DNA from: Squalus acanthias | Lineage: Eukaryota | DNA: 64,000 nucleotides | Direction of reading: 5' to 3' | NCBI GenBank assembly: GCA_030390025.1 | Contig: CM059432.1 | Coordinates: 36,706,001-36,770,000 of the forward strand | Part shown: positions 38,440-51,489 of the stretch, piece after piece | How the letters are laid out: each line of letters begins with the position of its first letter | Numbering within the stretch: position 1 is the stretch's first letter | Made by a program: the position numbers and the translations under genes | Notes under the pieces: generated by a model | What the model saw: only the letters and a program-made list of their open reading frames with translations | Databases searched by the model: none | Told to the model about the DNA's origin: nothing

Positions 38440-39800
38440 CATGCTGGTAAATGTCCTCTGCACCCTCTCTAAGGCTTTGGCATCCTTCCTAAAAGTGTGG
38501 TGTCCAGAAATGGGCACAATACTCCAGCTCAGGCTTAACCAGTGATTTATAAAAGTTTAGCATAGTTTCCTTGCTTTTGTACTCTATGTCTCTGTTCATA
38601 AAGACAAGGATCCAATATGCTTTTTTAAGTCTGCTCAACTTGCCCCTGCCACCTTCAAAGATTTGAGTACGTCTTTCTATTCCTGCACCCACTTCAAAAT
38701 TGTACCATTTAGTTTATATTGCCTCTCCTCATTCTTCCCACCAAAATTCATCACTTCACATTTCTCTGCATTAAATTGCATCTGCCACGTGTCTACCTAT
38801 TTCACCAGTCTGTCTATGTCCTCTCGAAGTCTGTTACTATCCTCCTCACTGTTTACTATATTTCTGAGTTTCGTGTCATCTGTAAATTATGCCCTGTACA
38901 CGCAAGTCCAGGTAATTTATATCAAAAAGAGCAGTGGTCCCAACACCAACCCCTGGGGAACACCACTGTATACTTCCCTCTCAGTCTGAAAAATAACTGT
39001 TTACCACTACTCCCCGCTTTCTCTTAGCCAATTTTGTTTCCACGCTGCCACTGCCCCTTTAACCCTTTAACATGGGCTTCAATTTTGCTAATAAGTCTAT
39101 TATGTGGTACTTTATCAATGCCTTTTGAAAGTCCATATTCACAACATCAACCGCACTACTCTCAACACTCTCCGTTACTTCATTAAAGAACTCAATCAAG
39201 TTAGTCAAACATGATTTGCCGTTGACAAATCCCTGCTGGCTGTCATTTATCAACCCATATTTTTCCTAGTGATAATTAATTTTGTTGCAGATTATTGTTT
39301 CTAAAAGTTTCCCTACGACTGATGTTAGGCTGACTGGTCTGTAGTTGCTAGGTTTATCCCTCTCCCCTTTTTTGAGCAGGGTATAACATTTGTAATCCTC
39401 CAGTCCTGTGGCACCACTCCCATATCTAAAGAGGACTGGAAGATTGTGGCCAGAATTTTCTCTATCGCCACCCTTACTTCCCTCAGCAATCTAGGATGCA
39501 TCCCATCCGACTAGGTGAGTTTTCTACTTTGTACGTTGCCAATCTTTTAATTACCGCCTCTTTATCTATTTTTATCCTTTCCAATTGCTCTACTACCTCT
39601 TCCTTTACTGTGATATTGAGAGAATCCTCTTCTTTAGTGAAGACAGATGGAAAAGTACTCATTTAGTACCTCGGCCATGCCCCCTGCCTCCAAAAGATCA
39701 TCTCCTTTTTGGTCCCTAATCGGCCCCACCCCTACTTTGACTACCCATTTACATGTTTATAAAAGTCTTTTGGGTTCCCTTTTATGTTACCTGCTAATCT
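38440..39800 (-). mobile_element. Decayed CR1 RT fragment
   Basis: [33 protein letters not shown]. Confidence 0.85.
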
Positions 39801-39864
39801 ACGAAATTCGATAAAAGAAGTTAGCAAGCAGCCCTGCACGAGAGCGCATTGGATAAAGAGAGTT

Positions 39865-39908
39865 AGAGCACAAACACCAGTGGTAAACAAGAACCGTAGT
39901 AATTTAAT
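39865..39908 (-). terminator. Probable poly(A) signal of the KANSL1-family gene
   Basis: ATTAAA at 39908-39903 on minus, followed by GT-rich GGTTCTTGTTT..GGTGTTTGTG, after about 550 nt of AT-rich 3'UTR-like sequence. Confidence 0.6.
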
Positions 39909-40458
39909 ATAGGGAAAGTACAGTCAGTCGACCACTCCTCGGGCATGCTATACAACAGCACAAGTATTCTAGAATTCAGCAGTGTTAATGAAGACAAGCC
40001 CAAAGGATTTACTGCAACAGGAGAAACTATTTCTACTCTTTCCAATGAGGATTCCTGCCCCCTCCCCCCGCCATTAATTTTTTTTGTTTTAAAAAGTTTT
40101 TTTTCTCTCTCTCTAAAGCTTTCCCTTCCTGTTTTGTTGGCACAGACTGACATCACTTTTACATACAGGACCTTATATTCTTTACATTTGTGACTGTTTC
40201 CCCTGGCCACTACCCCCCTCCCCCAAATGGTACAATTTACAGTACATCGACTTGAAAAGAAATGGAAAAAAAAGCCCACTTAATAGAAGTTATTATATAT
40301 GCATTCTCTCAAAAATAGATGTTTGAATATCAAACATTAAAAACAAAATAACAGTTTTTCTCTCTGTTTTTATATATATTTATATATAGATACAGCATGT
40401 ATATACAAGATGTGTCTGCTCTGAGGGCCTGGTTGTTAATTTACTGGGTGCGTCGAGT

Positions 40459-40734
40459 TCACCTATCCATACTTCGCTCATTCTCTATCGCCAGAGTCAA
40501 TCTCAAGTCTGAACTGTTGTCATCCTGTAAACACGGGGGGCCGCTTCGAGCCTCCGTCAACGAAGGGGCACACTCGGCAGATTCGGTCCTCATGCCAGGC
40601 TTGTTAGCTGACAGCCAGTGCAGGTCCCTAGGCCGCTCGTAGCGGCTTTCTCTAAGGGAGTTGGTATATCCTTTCAATACGTCCAAGTCTTCAGCTGATA
40701 AGGGAAATATCCTTGGCTCCCATGGTTGCACCAT
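40459..40734 (-). CDS. KANSL1: KANSL1-family terminal coding exon
   Basis: tttattctcgtag| MVQPWEPRIFPLSAED...SMDR* (KANSL1 has VQPWERRTFPL). TGA at 40461-40459. Confidence 0.93.
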   Translation of the reverse strand: MVQPWEPRIFPLSAEDLDVLKGYTNSLRESRYERPRDLHWLSANKPGMRTESAECAPSLTEARSGPPCLQDDNSSDLRLTLAIENERSMDR

Positions 40735-41341
40735 CTACGAGAATAAATAAAATGCATTATTAGAATATGTAAAATGTGCTCCCCCACCACCCCAATTTTC
40801 TCCTCCTATGACTGATATTGAGGTACTGTAGTGTAGTACTGGACTAGCAACCATGAGTTCAAATCCCACATGGCAAGTTGGGAAAATTAATTAGATAAAT
40901 CGAGTAATTTGAGGGCTTGCACCAGAAAAATAACCATGAAAGTGTACAGTTCATCGTCAAAACCGAACTGGTTCATTAATGTTCTTCAGGGAAGGGACCT
41001 GCATATAGCCCAAGTTCCATGCTATGCGGTCAACTTTATTTCCCACTGAAGTCACTCAGTTTCCTACATTACAACTGTACTTCACTTCAAAAATACTTCA
41101 TTGGCTGTAAAGCACTTTGGGACATCCTGAGGTCGTGAAAGGTGCTATATAAATGCAAGTCTTTCTTTTTTTAGTTGTAAATCGCTAAAAGGGAGCCACC
41201 ATCAATAAATGAGGCACTATAGCACTATATTGGACAACACAGCATTATGCAGTTTCCATCGTAACTGTAGACATAGGGATTTATAATAGAAGTGTGCACA
41301 GACCCAAGATTCTGAATCTACTACAGATACTTCAAACGTAC

Positions 41342-41597
41342 CTGTACTTCATCATCTGTGACCTCAGGCGTAGACGACCGCGTGTCCTCGCTGAAGGATA
41401 GGACTCTTGTGCGATCTTTTGAGGAGAAGGAATTGAGCGATGAGTAGGCTTCGGGGCTGACGGGGCCAGTGAACGAGGGTGTGTGGGGGTAGTCGTTGAG
41501 TAAGTGAAATCCACTGTCGGGTGATGCAGGCTGAGGAGTTGTTGGGTTTGCTTGCTGTGGTTGTGGGGTAGATCTGCCATCGGCTTTGTTAGAAGAT
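41342..41597 (-). CDS. KANSL1: KANSL1-family penultimate exon
   Basis: ggtttccag|...|gtacgt, 256 nt. SSNKADGRSTPQPQQANPTTPQPASPD...SEDTRSSTPEVTDDEVQ matches KANSL1 SSDGRTTPQ..ANPSTPQPASPD...SEDTRCSTPE. Confidence 0.95.
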
Positions 41598-41964
41598 CTG
41601 GAAACCAGAAGGAAACCATATTCAGTAAGGACCTTCACCCAAAATATCGTTTCTTCACTAGTTGGTTCTAATTTTGGCATTAGGACACCAATCAATCTCC
41701 TGTGTTTCCCCCTGCCCCACACCCAATTTTCTTCCCTCATGCCAGCAACTCGAGCTTTAACTGTTTGCCATTATCTCTCCCCAGCAGTCAATTCATGTGC
41801 GATTCTGAATAGTGAGAGTTCGCAGACTATTAAATCATGTGTTGACCAGCGAGCTGAGCCTGACCTCCACACACAATCACTTCCCAGTGAAGTCAGTGGG
41901 CAGCGAACAGGAGCGGGAACCAGTGCTGAAATCCTCTCAGGGACACTGAGACCAATTGTAGAGC

Positions 41965-42815
41965 CCCTATGCAACAAGACCTGGACGATGTTCAGGCTTG
42001 GGCTGATAAGTGGCAGGTAACAATCGCGCCACAGAAGTGCCAGGCAATGACTATATCCAACAAGCGAGAGTCTAACCACCGCCCCTTGACAATCAACGGC
42101 ATTACCATCGCCACATCCCCCACCATCAACATCCTGGGGACTTACCATTGACCAGAAACTTAACTGGACCAGCCACATAAATACTGTGGCAACAAGAGCA
42201 GGTCAGAGGCTGGGTATTCTGCGGCGAGTGTCTCACCTCCTGACTCCCCAAAGCTTTCCACCATCTACAAGGCACACGGAAGGAGTGTGATGGAATACTC
42301 TTCATTTGCCTGGATGAGTGCAGCTCCAACAACACTCAAGAAGCTCGACACCATCCAGGACAAAGCAGCTCGCTTGATTGGCACCCCATCCACCACCTTA
42401 AACATTCACTCCCTGCACCACCGGCGTACCGTGGCTGCAGTGTGTACCATCTACAAGATGCACTGCAGCAACTCGCCAAGGCTCTTTGGCAGCACCTCCC
42501 AAACCCGCGACCTCTTCCACCTAGAAGGACAAGGGCAGCAGGTGCATGGGAACACCACCACCTCCAAGTTCCCCTCCAAGTCACACACCATCCTGACTTA
42601 GAAGTATATTGCCGATCCTTCATCGTCGCTGGGTCAAAATCCTGGAACTCCCTCCCTAACAGCACTGTGGGAGTACCTTCAACACACGGACTGCAGCGGT
42701 TCAAGAAGGTGGCTCACCACCACCTTCTCAAGGACAACTAGGGATGGGCAATAAATGCTGGCCTTGCCAGCGACGCCTACATCCCATAAAAACGAATAAA
42801 ATGAAAAAAAAAAAA
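41965..42815 (+). mobile_element. LINE family B 3' fragment with A-rich tail
   Basis: MQQDLDDVQAWADKWQVTIAPQKCQAM...; ends GCCAGCGACGCCTACATCCCAT plus A-rich tail. Confidence 0.88.
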
Positions 42816-44309
42816 TCTCTGCCCTGGCTAAAAGCAGGCAGAACAGGGATCCAGTCGAGGAGTTTGCTGATCTGTATGTCTCAATACTGTACTATGTAGT
42901 CCATTTACCCAATGAGCCATCATTGGAAGTGCAAGGCAGCAAGAACATTTATAAAAAAACACTTCTCTTCTCTCCATTTCTCTCCTGGAGTATCGAGAAG
43001 ATGATGCGAGGGAGTTTCAGCCCAGTGACAATGGGGATAAATAGACTAACAATGATAAAACACTTTGAATACAGCAAGACTTGCTCTCAACAACAAAAAA
43101 AAAGTGAAGCTGGACAAGACCAGTCTGTGGCCTGACATCAGGAACTCACCAATAAATATTACAAGTGGAAGCTCCTTCCGACGGTTTACTGAGCAAAGAT
43201 ATCACCCACTACAGGACTGAAATGAATAGATTAGAAAGTCTCTGGGATTTCTGCCATCCCAGCCTGGTCTGGCCGACATATGACTAGCCCCAAACTACAC
43301 AGTTGACTCTTAACACCCTCTGAAATGGGCGAATGAGCCATCCAGTTGTAAAAACACAAGTGTCCCAGCACCACCTTCTCAGAGTAACTAGGGACAGGCA
43401 ATAAATGCAGCCTCGTCAGCTGTTGCCCACAAACAAATATAGCAAATGTCGGGCATCAGCAGGGGAGCTATCATTTGTCTCAGTGCCCTTCAAGCTGGGG
43501 TGGAAACTGACCCAGGTTTCCTTCTCCTGATTGCCATGCACTCCAACATTGATGCTGACACAGGAAGAGTGGGGAGGTACAGGACTGCTCCAATGCCGAT
43601 GGATCCAGACATCAGCAAGGGCCAGCACTTTTGGGAGAAAATTGCCAAAAAAAAATAAAGCTCTGAAGATAGCTTATTGACAGTAACTGGACACTATGTG
43701 CTTTGGAAATGGGGACAGAAATGAGGCTGTCCAGATTTTCAGGTGACAGCAAATTACAGTAGGGAACAGGTAAACCAAATACAAAGGGACTTGGATGGGC
43801 TAGGAAGGTGGGCTGATGAATGGCAAATGGCATTTGGTGAGGATGAATGCTAGGTAATAGGAGGAGGAGAGAAGGGAAACAAACTTTAAGGGTATAAAAG
43901 GGATAAAGCAAAAGCGGGTAAATGGAGTTGGGGTGCAGATTGGTCGTAATCTAATTGAATTTCAGAACAGGCTCGAGGGGCTGAATGGCCTACTCCTATA
44001 ACAAAAGGGTAAGGTCTGAAGGTTCGAAGACGGATGGCGCACAGGCAGTTTAGATTAATCTACTTTACACAGAGGGAGGCAAATGTGTGGAATGGACTGC
44101 CCAGGGAAGCAGGTAGTGTGGGGAATTTTAAAAGAGAATCAGTTAAATATTTGAGGGAGTGGGCAATTGAGGGGTATTCATTTTTGGGAGGTGGATTGAA
44201 GAACATTTTACCACTCCCAAATATTCCTGTGCACTGACAGTGCACTCCAAATTAATTTGCAGATTCTAAACAGGAACTAATATCCAGGAACTTCCAACAT
44301 CATGTTTAC

Positions 44310-44422
44310 CTGCTCCCCCGCCTGGCCGAGCTGGATGAAGACCACAAGCACCATCTGGAACGTTCCATTTCCTCACATTTGGAATGGCGATTAAGGAAGG
44401 CTTCGTCAGACATCTCCTCGTA
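44310..44422 (-). CDS. KANSL1: KANSL1-family exon (PEHE domain)
   Basis: acatag|...|gtaaac, 113 nt. YEEMSDEAFLNRHSKCEEMERSRWCLWSSSSSARRGSR matches [24 protein letters not shown]...QRRGSR. Confidence 0.95.
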
Positions 44423-44532
44423 CTATGTATTTAAGAATAGACAATTGAATAGTTTAAAATCTTACAGCAAAATAAAACAGACTCACTAATTCTCCATGGA
44501 CTTTCTGAAACTTCTGATATGTGATAAACTAC

Positions 44533-44593
44533 CTGGTCATCCTCCAACTTGCAATACTGCAGCTTCGACTGCTCAACGTCTGCAATTCGCCAG
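44533..44593 (-). CDS. KANSL1: KANSL1-family exon (PEHE domain)
   Basis: ctccttggcag|...|gtagtt, 61 nt. (S)WRIADVEQSKLQYCKLEDDQ completes ILTPSWR. Confidence 0.92.
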
Positions 44594-46148
44594 CTGCCAA
44601 GGAGAAATGGAAGATGATTATACAGTACTCGTTTGAAGTAATGCTTCTAACTATATAGCATCTCATCACATCTCTCAGAAATGATCTCAAGACTGGGCAT
44701 TCATTTCACTGCTGTTTGTGAGATCTTCCTGCGTACAAAATGGCCGAGACATTCTGATCCAGAGGTGGGTGTTTAACCAATTGAGCCACAGCAGCATTCA
44801 ATGTTTAGTGTGACCAAATATCTATACAAATTCAGCAACGTTTAAGATAGCTCAAAGATTACTCAGTCAGCTCACAGCTAGTTTGGCAGTTCAGATGCTA
44901 CAATTAATCTCAGGATTAGAGAGAGGGGAAAAAATCAATTAGAGTTCTTGTTCCTAATTACTATCCAGTGGCCCAAGCTGCAAAGCATACATGTTTGAAC
45001 ACTGGGCAAGAGGAGCACTGAGCTTACTTGTGATGTACCATGTGGTGGAACAGCTTCACTCACTGCCAAGGCTCCAATAAGAGCAGCTACTTGGGGGAAG
45101 CATTGGAGGACTGCCTGTGGTGGCAAAATCATATCCCATCACTAGCTGCTGCGTTCAGGGTAAGACACAGCATTTATGGGGGGAAATTTGCAGGTTGTAT
45201 GTGGCGCAGGAGAGACAATTAGATGGAGAAGAGTGTAACACACCTTCAAGGAACCAGCCCCTGGCACTGAAGGTGCACATTGTGCCTTTACCCGTCTCTG
45301 GATCAGAAAGTCGTGGGTTCAAGCCCAGGAATGAGCTTGAGCACATAACCTTGACAGACACTTCAGTGCAGCATTGAAGTCATGCTCCTTTGTTGGAGGT
45401 ACCGTCCTTCCAACGAGATGTTAAACTGAGGAGCCGTTCACATAATTAGGTGGCTGTTCAACATCCTGTGACACTATCTGAAGAAGCTGGAGCCCTGGCC
45501 AACATTCCTCCTTCAACCAACATGACCAAAAACAGAGTAACTGGTCATTCATTTTTTGCTGTTCGTGTGATCTTTTTGCCTGCTAAATGGCTGCCTACAT
45601 AACAGAATTCAAACTGAGCCCAGACTGATGAGATAAAACTGGGGTTCTACGTCAAATGAGACAGTTTATAACTGGCATCACCGCACAACACAAAGCTACC
45701 CATAAAATCCCCCTCTCCATTTAGTGACGCCATCAGGATAGCTGGTGTAGGAAACAGAAATGTTAGACTAATGCAACAAGGGGCACTCTTCTGCGATTTG
45801 AGCTAAGGTGGAAGGAAAGTCATGGGGCAGCACTTTTAGTACAAGGTACTGCCTGAATGTCTATCTGAAGCCATCGAGTGGAAGACAGAAGGTTCCTTAT
45901 AGGAAGGCAGAGAAAGTGCAGCGAGGGTGACACTCATAGAATCATGGAATGTTACAGCACAGGAAGAGGCCATCTGGCCCATCAAGTCTACAATAGTGCT
46001 CTCCACTCTCCTGCGCACTCCTTCTACCCCTTTCATATTTCTCTTTTTCAAACTATCTAATTCCCTTTTAAAAGAATTTCTGGACTCTGCTTCAACATAC
46101 ACCCACAGTTCACTTGACTGAAATCCCACTGACGCTGCACTGCGTTAC

Positions 46149-46267
46149 CTTGGTGTCAGGATCTCCTTGTACTGAAGTTTCTCCACTCGAGCTGCTGCAG
46201 CCATGGACATGGGAATCACAATGTTGTTTATGTCGAATGAACTTTCACCTCTTCTCCTTCGTGCAGA
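46149..46267 (-). CDS. KANSL1: KANSL1-family exon (highly conserved pre-PEHE motif)
   Basis: ctcttgcag|...|gtaacg, 119 nt. [39 protein letters not shown] is nearly identical to KANSL1 [37 protein letters not shown]. Confidence 0.96.
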
Positions 46268-47431
46268 CTGCAAGAGCAAGCGAGAATAAAAATTACAAAC
46301 GTCAACTTTCTGCTTCTTTAGAAGTTAATCATTTTGAACGCTGGAAATCAAAATAAAAACAGAGACATTTGTTTTTTCTAATTGGGCCACGAGATGGAGC
46401 TCTGAAAGGTGTTTCGAAGGGGGAAAAGAGTGTAAGAGATCAGAAATACAGCACATTAGCCAGGAGCAGCCAATATCAGCAGGGCTGGGAGCATGTTTAA
46501 AAGAAACAAAGAACTTACATTTATATAGCTCCTTTCCCAACCTGAGGACATCCCAAATAGCTCTACAGCCAATTAAATATTTTTGAAATGTAGTCACCAG
46601 TGCAGTACTGAGCGATAAGATGTCTTTTAGATGAGACATTAAACCAAGGCACCCTCTGCGTCTTCAGATGGATGTAAAGGATCCCATGACACAAGAAAAG
46701 GGAGTTCAGGTGTTTTGGCTAACATTGATCCTTCAACCAACATCTGGAAATTTGTTCCTTGTGGAACTTTGCTATGCATAAATTGGCTGTCACATTTACC
46801 TACATAACAACTGTGAGTGCACTTCAAAGGACATTTGTTGGTTGGGAAGCACTTTGGGATGGTCTGAGATGATAAGGTGCTGCATAATTCCAAGCTCCTT
46901 GCTTGTTAAATCCAGTTTTCAGGATCGACCGTTCACACTAGGGTCACCAGAGTTAACACTTCTTCTGTAAACATAGACTTTCCTTTAAGGCCATGTGGTT
47001 GTGATACTTCCTGTTTAGACAGTTATGCGTACCAATCAAAATAATAGAAACATAGATTGGTTACAGCACAGGAGGCCATTCAGCCCGTCGAGCCCGTGCT
47101 GGCTCTCTGCAAGAGCACTTCAGCTAGTCCCACTCCCCCGCCCTTTCCCCGTAGCCCTGCAAATTTTTTTTCCTTAAATCCTGTTATTTTAAAATGAGCA
47201 CAAAACAGGTACAATAAAAAATATCGAGGAAGTCCCATTCATTAAAGAAAAACACAAAAAATTTAAGAATATCTCAGAACATAGAAAACAGCGCAGCAGC
47301 ATAGTTGAATTTCTCCTGGTTCTTGAAGCTTTAAGCCTCTTGACTTCGCTTACAATGAGCAAGGGTCGGTCCGTACCTTGTAATATGGGCAAAGTTCGTA
47401 TCTCCTGACCCAGTTTAAGATGCTTTGAGAG

Positions 47432-47870
47432 CATAGAATCATATAGCACAGGAGGCCATTCAGCCCATTGTGCCTGTGCCAGCTCTTTGAAAGAGATATC
47501 CAGTTAGTCCCACTCGCTGCTCTTTCCCCACAGCCCTGCAAGTATTTCCTTTTCAAGTATTTATCCAATTCAATTTTGAAAGTTACTACTGAATCTGCTT
47601 CCACCACCCTTTCAGGCAGTGCATTCCAGATCATAAGAAATCGCTGTGTAAAAAAATTTCTCCTCATCTCCCCTCTGGATTTTACATCAATGATCTTAAA
47701 TCTGTGTCCTCTGGTTACTAACCCTCCTGCCAGTGGAAACAATTTATCCTTATTTACTCTATCAAAACCCCTCATAACTTCGAACAACTCTACTAAATTG
47801 CCTCTTAACCTTCACTGCTTGAAGGAGAATAATCCCAGCTTGTCTAGTCTGTCCACATAACTGAAGTCCC
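47432..47870 (-). mobile_element. CR1 3' fragment
   Basis: TRGHRFKI..MRRNFFTQR..WNALP; a shorter one lies at 47045-47175. Confidence 0.85.
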
Positions 47871-47917
47871 AGCCTTTGTGGATACATTTCAAATCAAGAA
47901 CCCATGCTTTAACTTAC

Positions 47918-48078
47918 CGATGTAGAAGTGGTGGATGATGCTGGCTGGTTGTGTACAACTGAAGGAGGGGTGTCTGTGTACGAAGGTGACTGGTGCATTG
48001 TTGAACTGGGTTTTGGAGTCTGGGGATTCAGCAATGACGGGGATGAACTTGAAGCTGCTTTGTGTCGTTTATTGAGTG
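47918..48078 (-). CDS. KANSL1: KANSL1-family exon (Ser/Pro-rich)
   Basis: ccttccacacag|...|gtaagt, 161 nt, phase 1 to 0. ALNKRHKAASSSSPSLLNPQTPKP...SSTTSTS. Confidence 0.85.
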
Positions 48079-49189
48079 CTGTGTGGAAGGAAAGTAACAC
48101 AAGGTTAGCAGTGCTCAGTACAGTATTCATTCCTTTCTATCTATGTTTTGGGAGATGAGAGGTAAAGCTCCCAATATTAATACACATCAAGCTGTGCTAC
48201 AATGAAGAATCGGCAATTCATTTCCTCTCCTGCAGGTGCTGTAGTTACCAACTCTGGCCACGCATGCACGCACTCAATTCTGCAGTGGAACTTATTTCCC
48301 TGTCTCATTTTCTCCTCTCCTGAATGAGCTAACCTTTGCTGGGTAACGGCTCCACTAGCCCCTGGAGCTGTCAAAACTTCTTTAAAAAAAAAAAAAAAAA
48401 ATTGTTCTTAGGATGTGGTCGACCCTCTTATTGAATTGAATTTCACAACTAGCCATGGTGGGATTTGTATTTGCAACAACGAGGCTACTGTAGCCTCTCA
48501 TATTTGAGTACTGATGGTGAATGTCAGCAGGGTATTTGATCGTGGGGGCCTGTTGTCTCCTCTTGTGCATCCCCCACTTTCTTCACCACACCATTAGCGG
48601 CCGTGCCTTCAGCCATCTGGGCCCTAACCTTTGGAATTCCCTCCCAAGCCTCATCGCCTCTCCACCTCTCTCTCCTTCTTTAAGATGCTGCTTAAAATCT
48701 ACCTCTTTCACCAAGCCTTTAGTCGCCTGTCCTTGCGTCTCCTTCTTCGGCTTTGCGTCAATTTTGTCTGATTACGCTCCTGTGAAGCACCTTGGGATGC
48801 TTTACTACGTTAAAGGCACTATATAAAAGCAAGTTGTTGTTAACTTCTCAGCACGGGTTACTGGATAGTGATTATACTCTTCTGATCCTACCAGCATCAT
48901 AGCCGAGATCAGTTAACAAAACACAAAGCAGGAGTCAGCCAGGCCTATTTAATTGCATTTGTGTGTGTTATTTTTGTAGGGTGAGGTGCTGATTCAGAGG
49001 ATTCCTTCCAAACACTGCTCCACAAAGAGTCAGTATGTTTAATGAGGATATCATCACACATAGTCACACAAATCTTAGAACTAACTTTTGGATTGGAAAG
49101 TTGTGTGTTGATCATTTCCCTAGATTATATGAGGAAAGTTTCAAAGGGAGTAGCCCGTGGGAAGCTGAAATAGTTAAGAGGTTAATGAC

Positions 49190-49321
49190 CAAGGTTAACT
49201 TTAAGCTGCGCAGTCCTGCGGCTCCCGCGCAGCCAGCACACAGGCTTTTAAATAGGAAAAACCGTGCATGCGTGGTATTCTGAATGGGCTGCGCAGCCAA
49301 AAAAAATTAAAGGGAACATTG
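49190..49321. mobile_element. hAT-type MITE (132 bp)
   Basis: Exact 8-bp TSD TTAATGAC at 49182-49189 and 49322-49329. Imperfect TIR CAAGGTTAACTTTAA / TTAAAGGGAACATTG; internal GCTGCGCAG motifs. Confidence 0.8.
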
Positions 49322-49677
49322 TTAATGACTGTTCAAAGTTGGCTTGAAATCATGGTGTTCTTGTGTAAAATGTTTAAATTGTAACAGTTAAAAACAAAAA
49401 CAGCAGTTGTGGATTTGTCCGACTCTCTGAATTTATGGCAGTACAGCGGTATTACAGCTGGGAAATGCAGTAACTGTACAGATGATCAGGCCGTGCTCGA
49501 ACCCAGCAAAATCGGACTCTAGTTTCAGTCGATAACATAGTCGATCATTGCCAGGTTGAGCAACCATCGTCACCTGAGTTACATGACGCTTTTTTGTGGA
49601 TGAAGCGAGGCTCTTGGCAATAGCACCGAGCAAGATGCTCAATAACAAATAACTGCAATAAAGTAGACAGGTTTCCT

Positions 49678-49915
49678 TTGGGGGGGGTGGTGGTGGGAGA
49701 GATGGGGAAAGAAAGGGAGGGGGAGGGTAGGAGAGATGGGGTAAGAAAGGGGGGCGCGAGGGCGAGCGAGGACGAGTGGGGGCAAGGGTGAGGGGGGGCG
49801 AAGGCAAGGGCAAGAGAGGGCCTGAGTGGAGGGGGGCGAGGGGCCGAGAGGGGGGGAGGGCACGAGAGGGGGAGGGAATAAGAGAGGTAAAGGAATGAGA
49901 GAGGTGAGACAACAA
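49678..49915. repeat. G/A-rich low-complexity tract
   Basis: Multiple G runs on plus; reads as a long pyrimidine tract on the transcribed minus strand. Confidence 0.8.
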
Positions 49916-50309
49916 AAAAGTTTAGATCAGAGAGAATTACATAAAAACATACGGAAACTAAGGACTGGAAAACTCCAGCTGGTCCATCGAGCCTGTCCCA
50001 TGTTATCGTGGTGCAACCTATGCGCACCACGACCCCTATTCTTCCCCCCACACCCACAACCACCCACACAATCTCCCGGGAGCCTGAAAACCAGGAGATT
50101 GCTACTCAACTTAGAAAAGGAAATTAACTTAGTTTGTTTTTAAACACCTGGTTGAAATATTTATAGCTTTTAGTTGATGGTTGATGTTTTGAAATATGTG
50201 GCACACTCAAGTCTGTGATTTCACATGTTATGTCTCTGCCCTTTTTCGGCCAACTGATAAAAATACCCACAGCCGATAAAAACCATGACTGTCTGAGTCA
50301 AGGTTACTG

Positions 50310-51485
50310 TACTCATCCAGGCAAGTGGAGAGTATTCCATCACACTCCTTACTTATGCCTTGTAGATGGTGGAAAGGCTTTGGGGAGTCAGGAGGTGAGA
50401 ATACCTAGCCTCTGACCTGCTCTTGATGCCATAGTATTTATGTGGCTGGTTCAGTTAAGTTTCTGGTCAATGGTGACCCCCCAGGATGTTGATGGTGGGG
50501 GATTCGGCGATGGTAATGCCGTTGAATGTCATGGGGAGGTGGTTAGACTCTCGCTTTTTGGAGATAGTCATTGCCTGGCACTTGTGTGGCGCGAATGTTA
50601 CCTGCCACTTATCAGCCCAAGTCTGAACGCCATCCAGGTCTTGTTGCATGTGGTCATGGACTGCTTCATTATCTGAGGGGTTGTGAATGGTGCTGAACAC
50701 TGTGTAGTCATCAGCAAACATTTCCATTTCTGACCTTATGTTGGAGGGAAGGTCATTGATGAAGCAGCTGAAGATGGTTGGACCTAGGACACTGCCCATA
50801 GGAACTCCTGCAGCGATGTCCTGGAGCTATGATGATTGACCTTCAACCACCACAACCGCCTTCCTTTGTGCTAGGTATGACTCCAGTCAGTGGAGCGTTC
50901 CCCCCCCACCCCCCCGATTCCCATTGACTTCAGTTTTACGAGGGCTCCTTGATGCCACACTCGGTCAAATGCTGATTGATGTCAAGGGCAGTCACTCTCA
51001 CCTCACCTCTGGAATTCAGCTCCTTAGTCCATGTTTGGACCAAGGCTGTAATGAGGTCGGGAGCCAAGTGGTCTTGGCGGAACCCAAACTTGGCATCAGT
51101 GAGCAGGTTTTTGGTGAGTAAGTGCCACTTGATAGCACTGTCGATGACACCTTCCATCACTTTGCTGATGATTGAGAGTAGACTGAGGGGGCGGTAATTG
51201 GCCGGGTTGGATTTGTCCTGCTTTTTATGGACAGGACATACCTGGGCAATTTTCCACATTGTCGGATAGATGCCAGTGTTGTAGCTGTACTGGAACAGCT
51301 TGGCTAGAGGCGCGGCTAGTTCTGGAGCACAAGTCTTCAGCACGATAGCCAGGTTGCTGGCGGGGCCCATAGCCTTTGCTGTATCCAGTGCGCTCAGCCG
51401 TTTCTTGATATCACGTGGAGTGAATCGAATTGTCTGAAGACTGGCTTCTGTGATGGTGGGACCTCAGGAGTCGGCCGATATGGAT
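50310..51485 (-). mobile_element. LINE family B RT fragment
   Basis: VLKTCAPELAAPL, NPANYRPLSLLS, GSVLGPTIFSCFINDLP, FADD. Confidence 0.9.
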
Positions 51486-51489
51486 CAGT

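Noticed and set aside
48177..48374. Possible exon after a poly-T acceptor (ttttgacag)
   Set aside because: No homology or clear in-phase donor; the poly-T belongs to an adjacent repeat tail.
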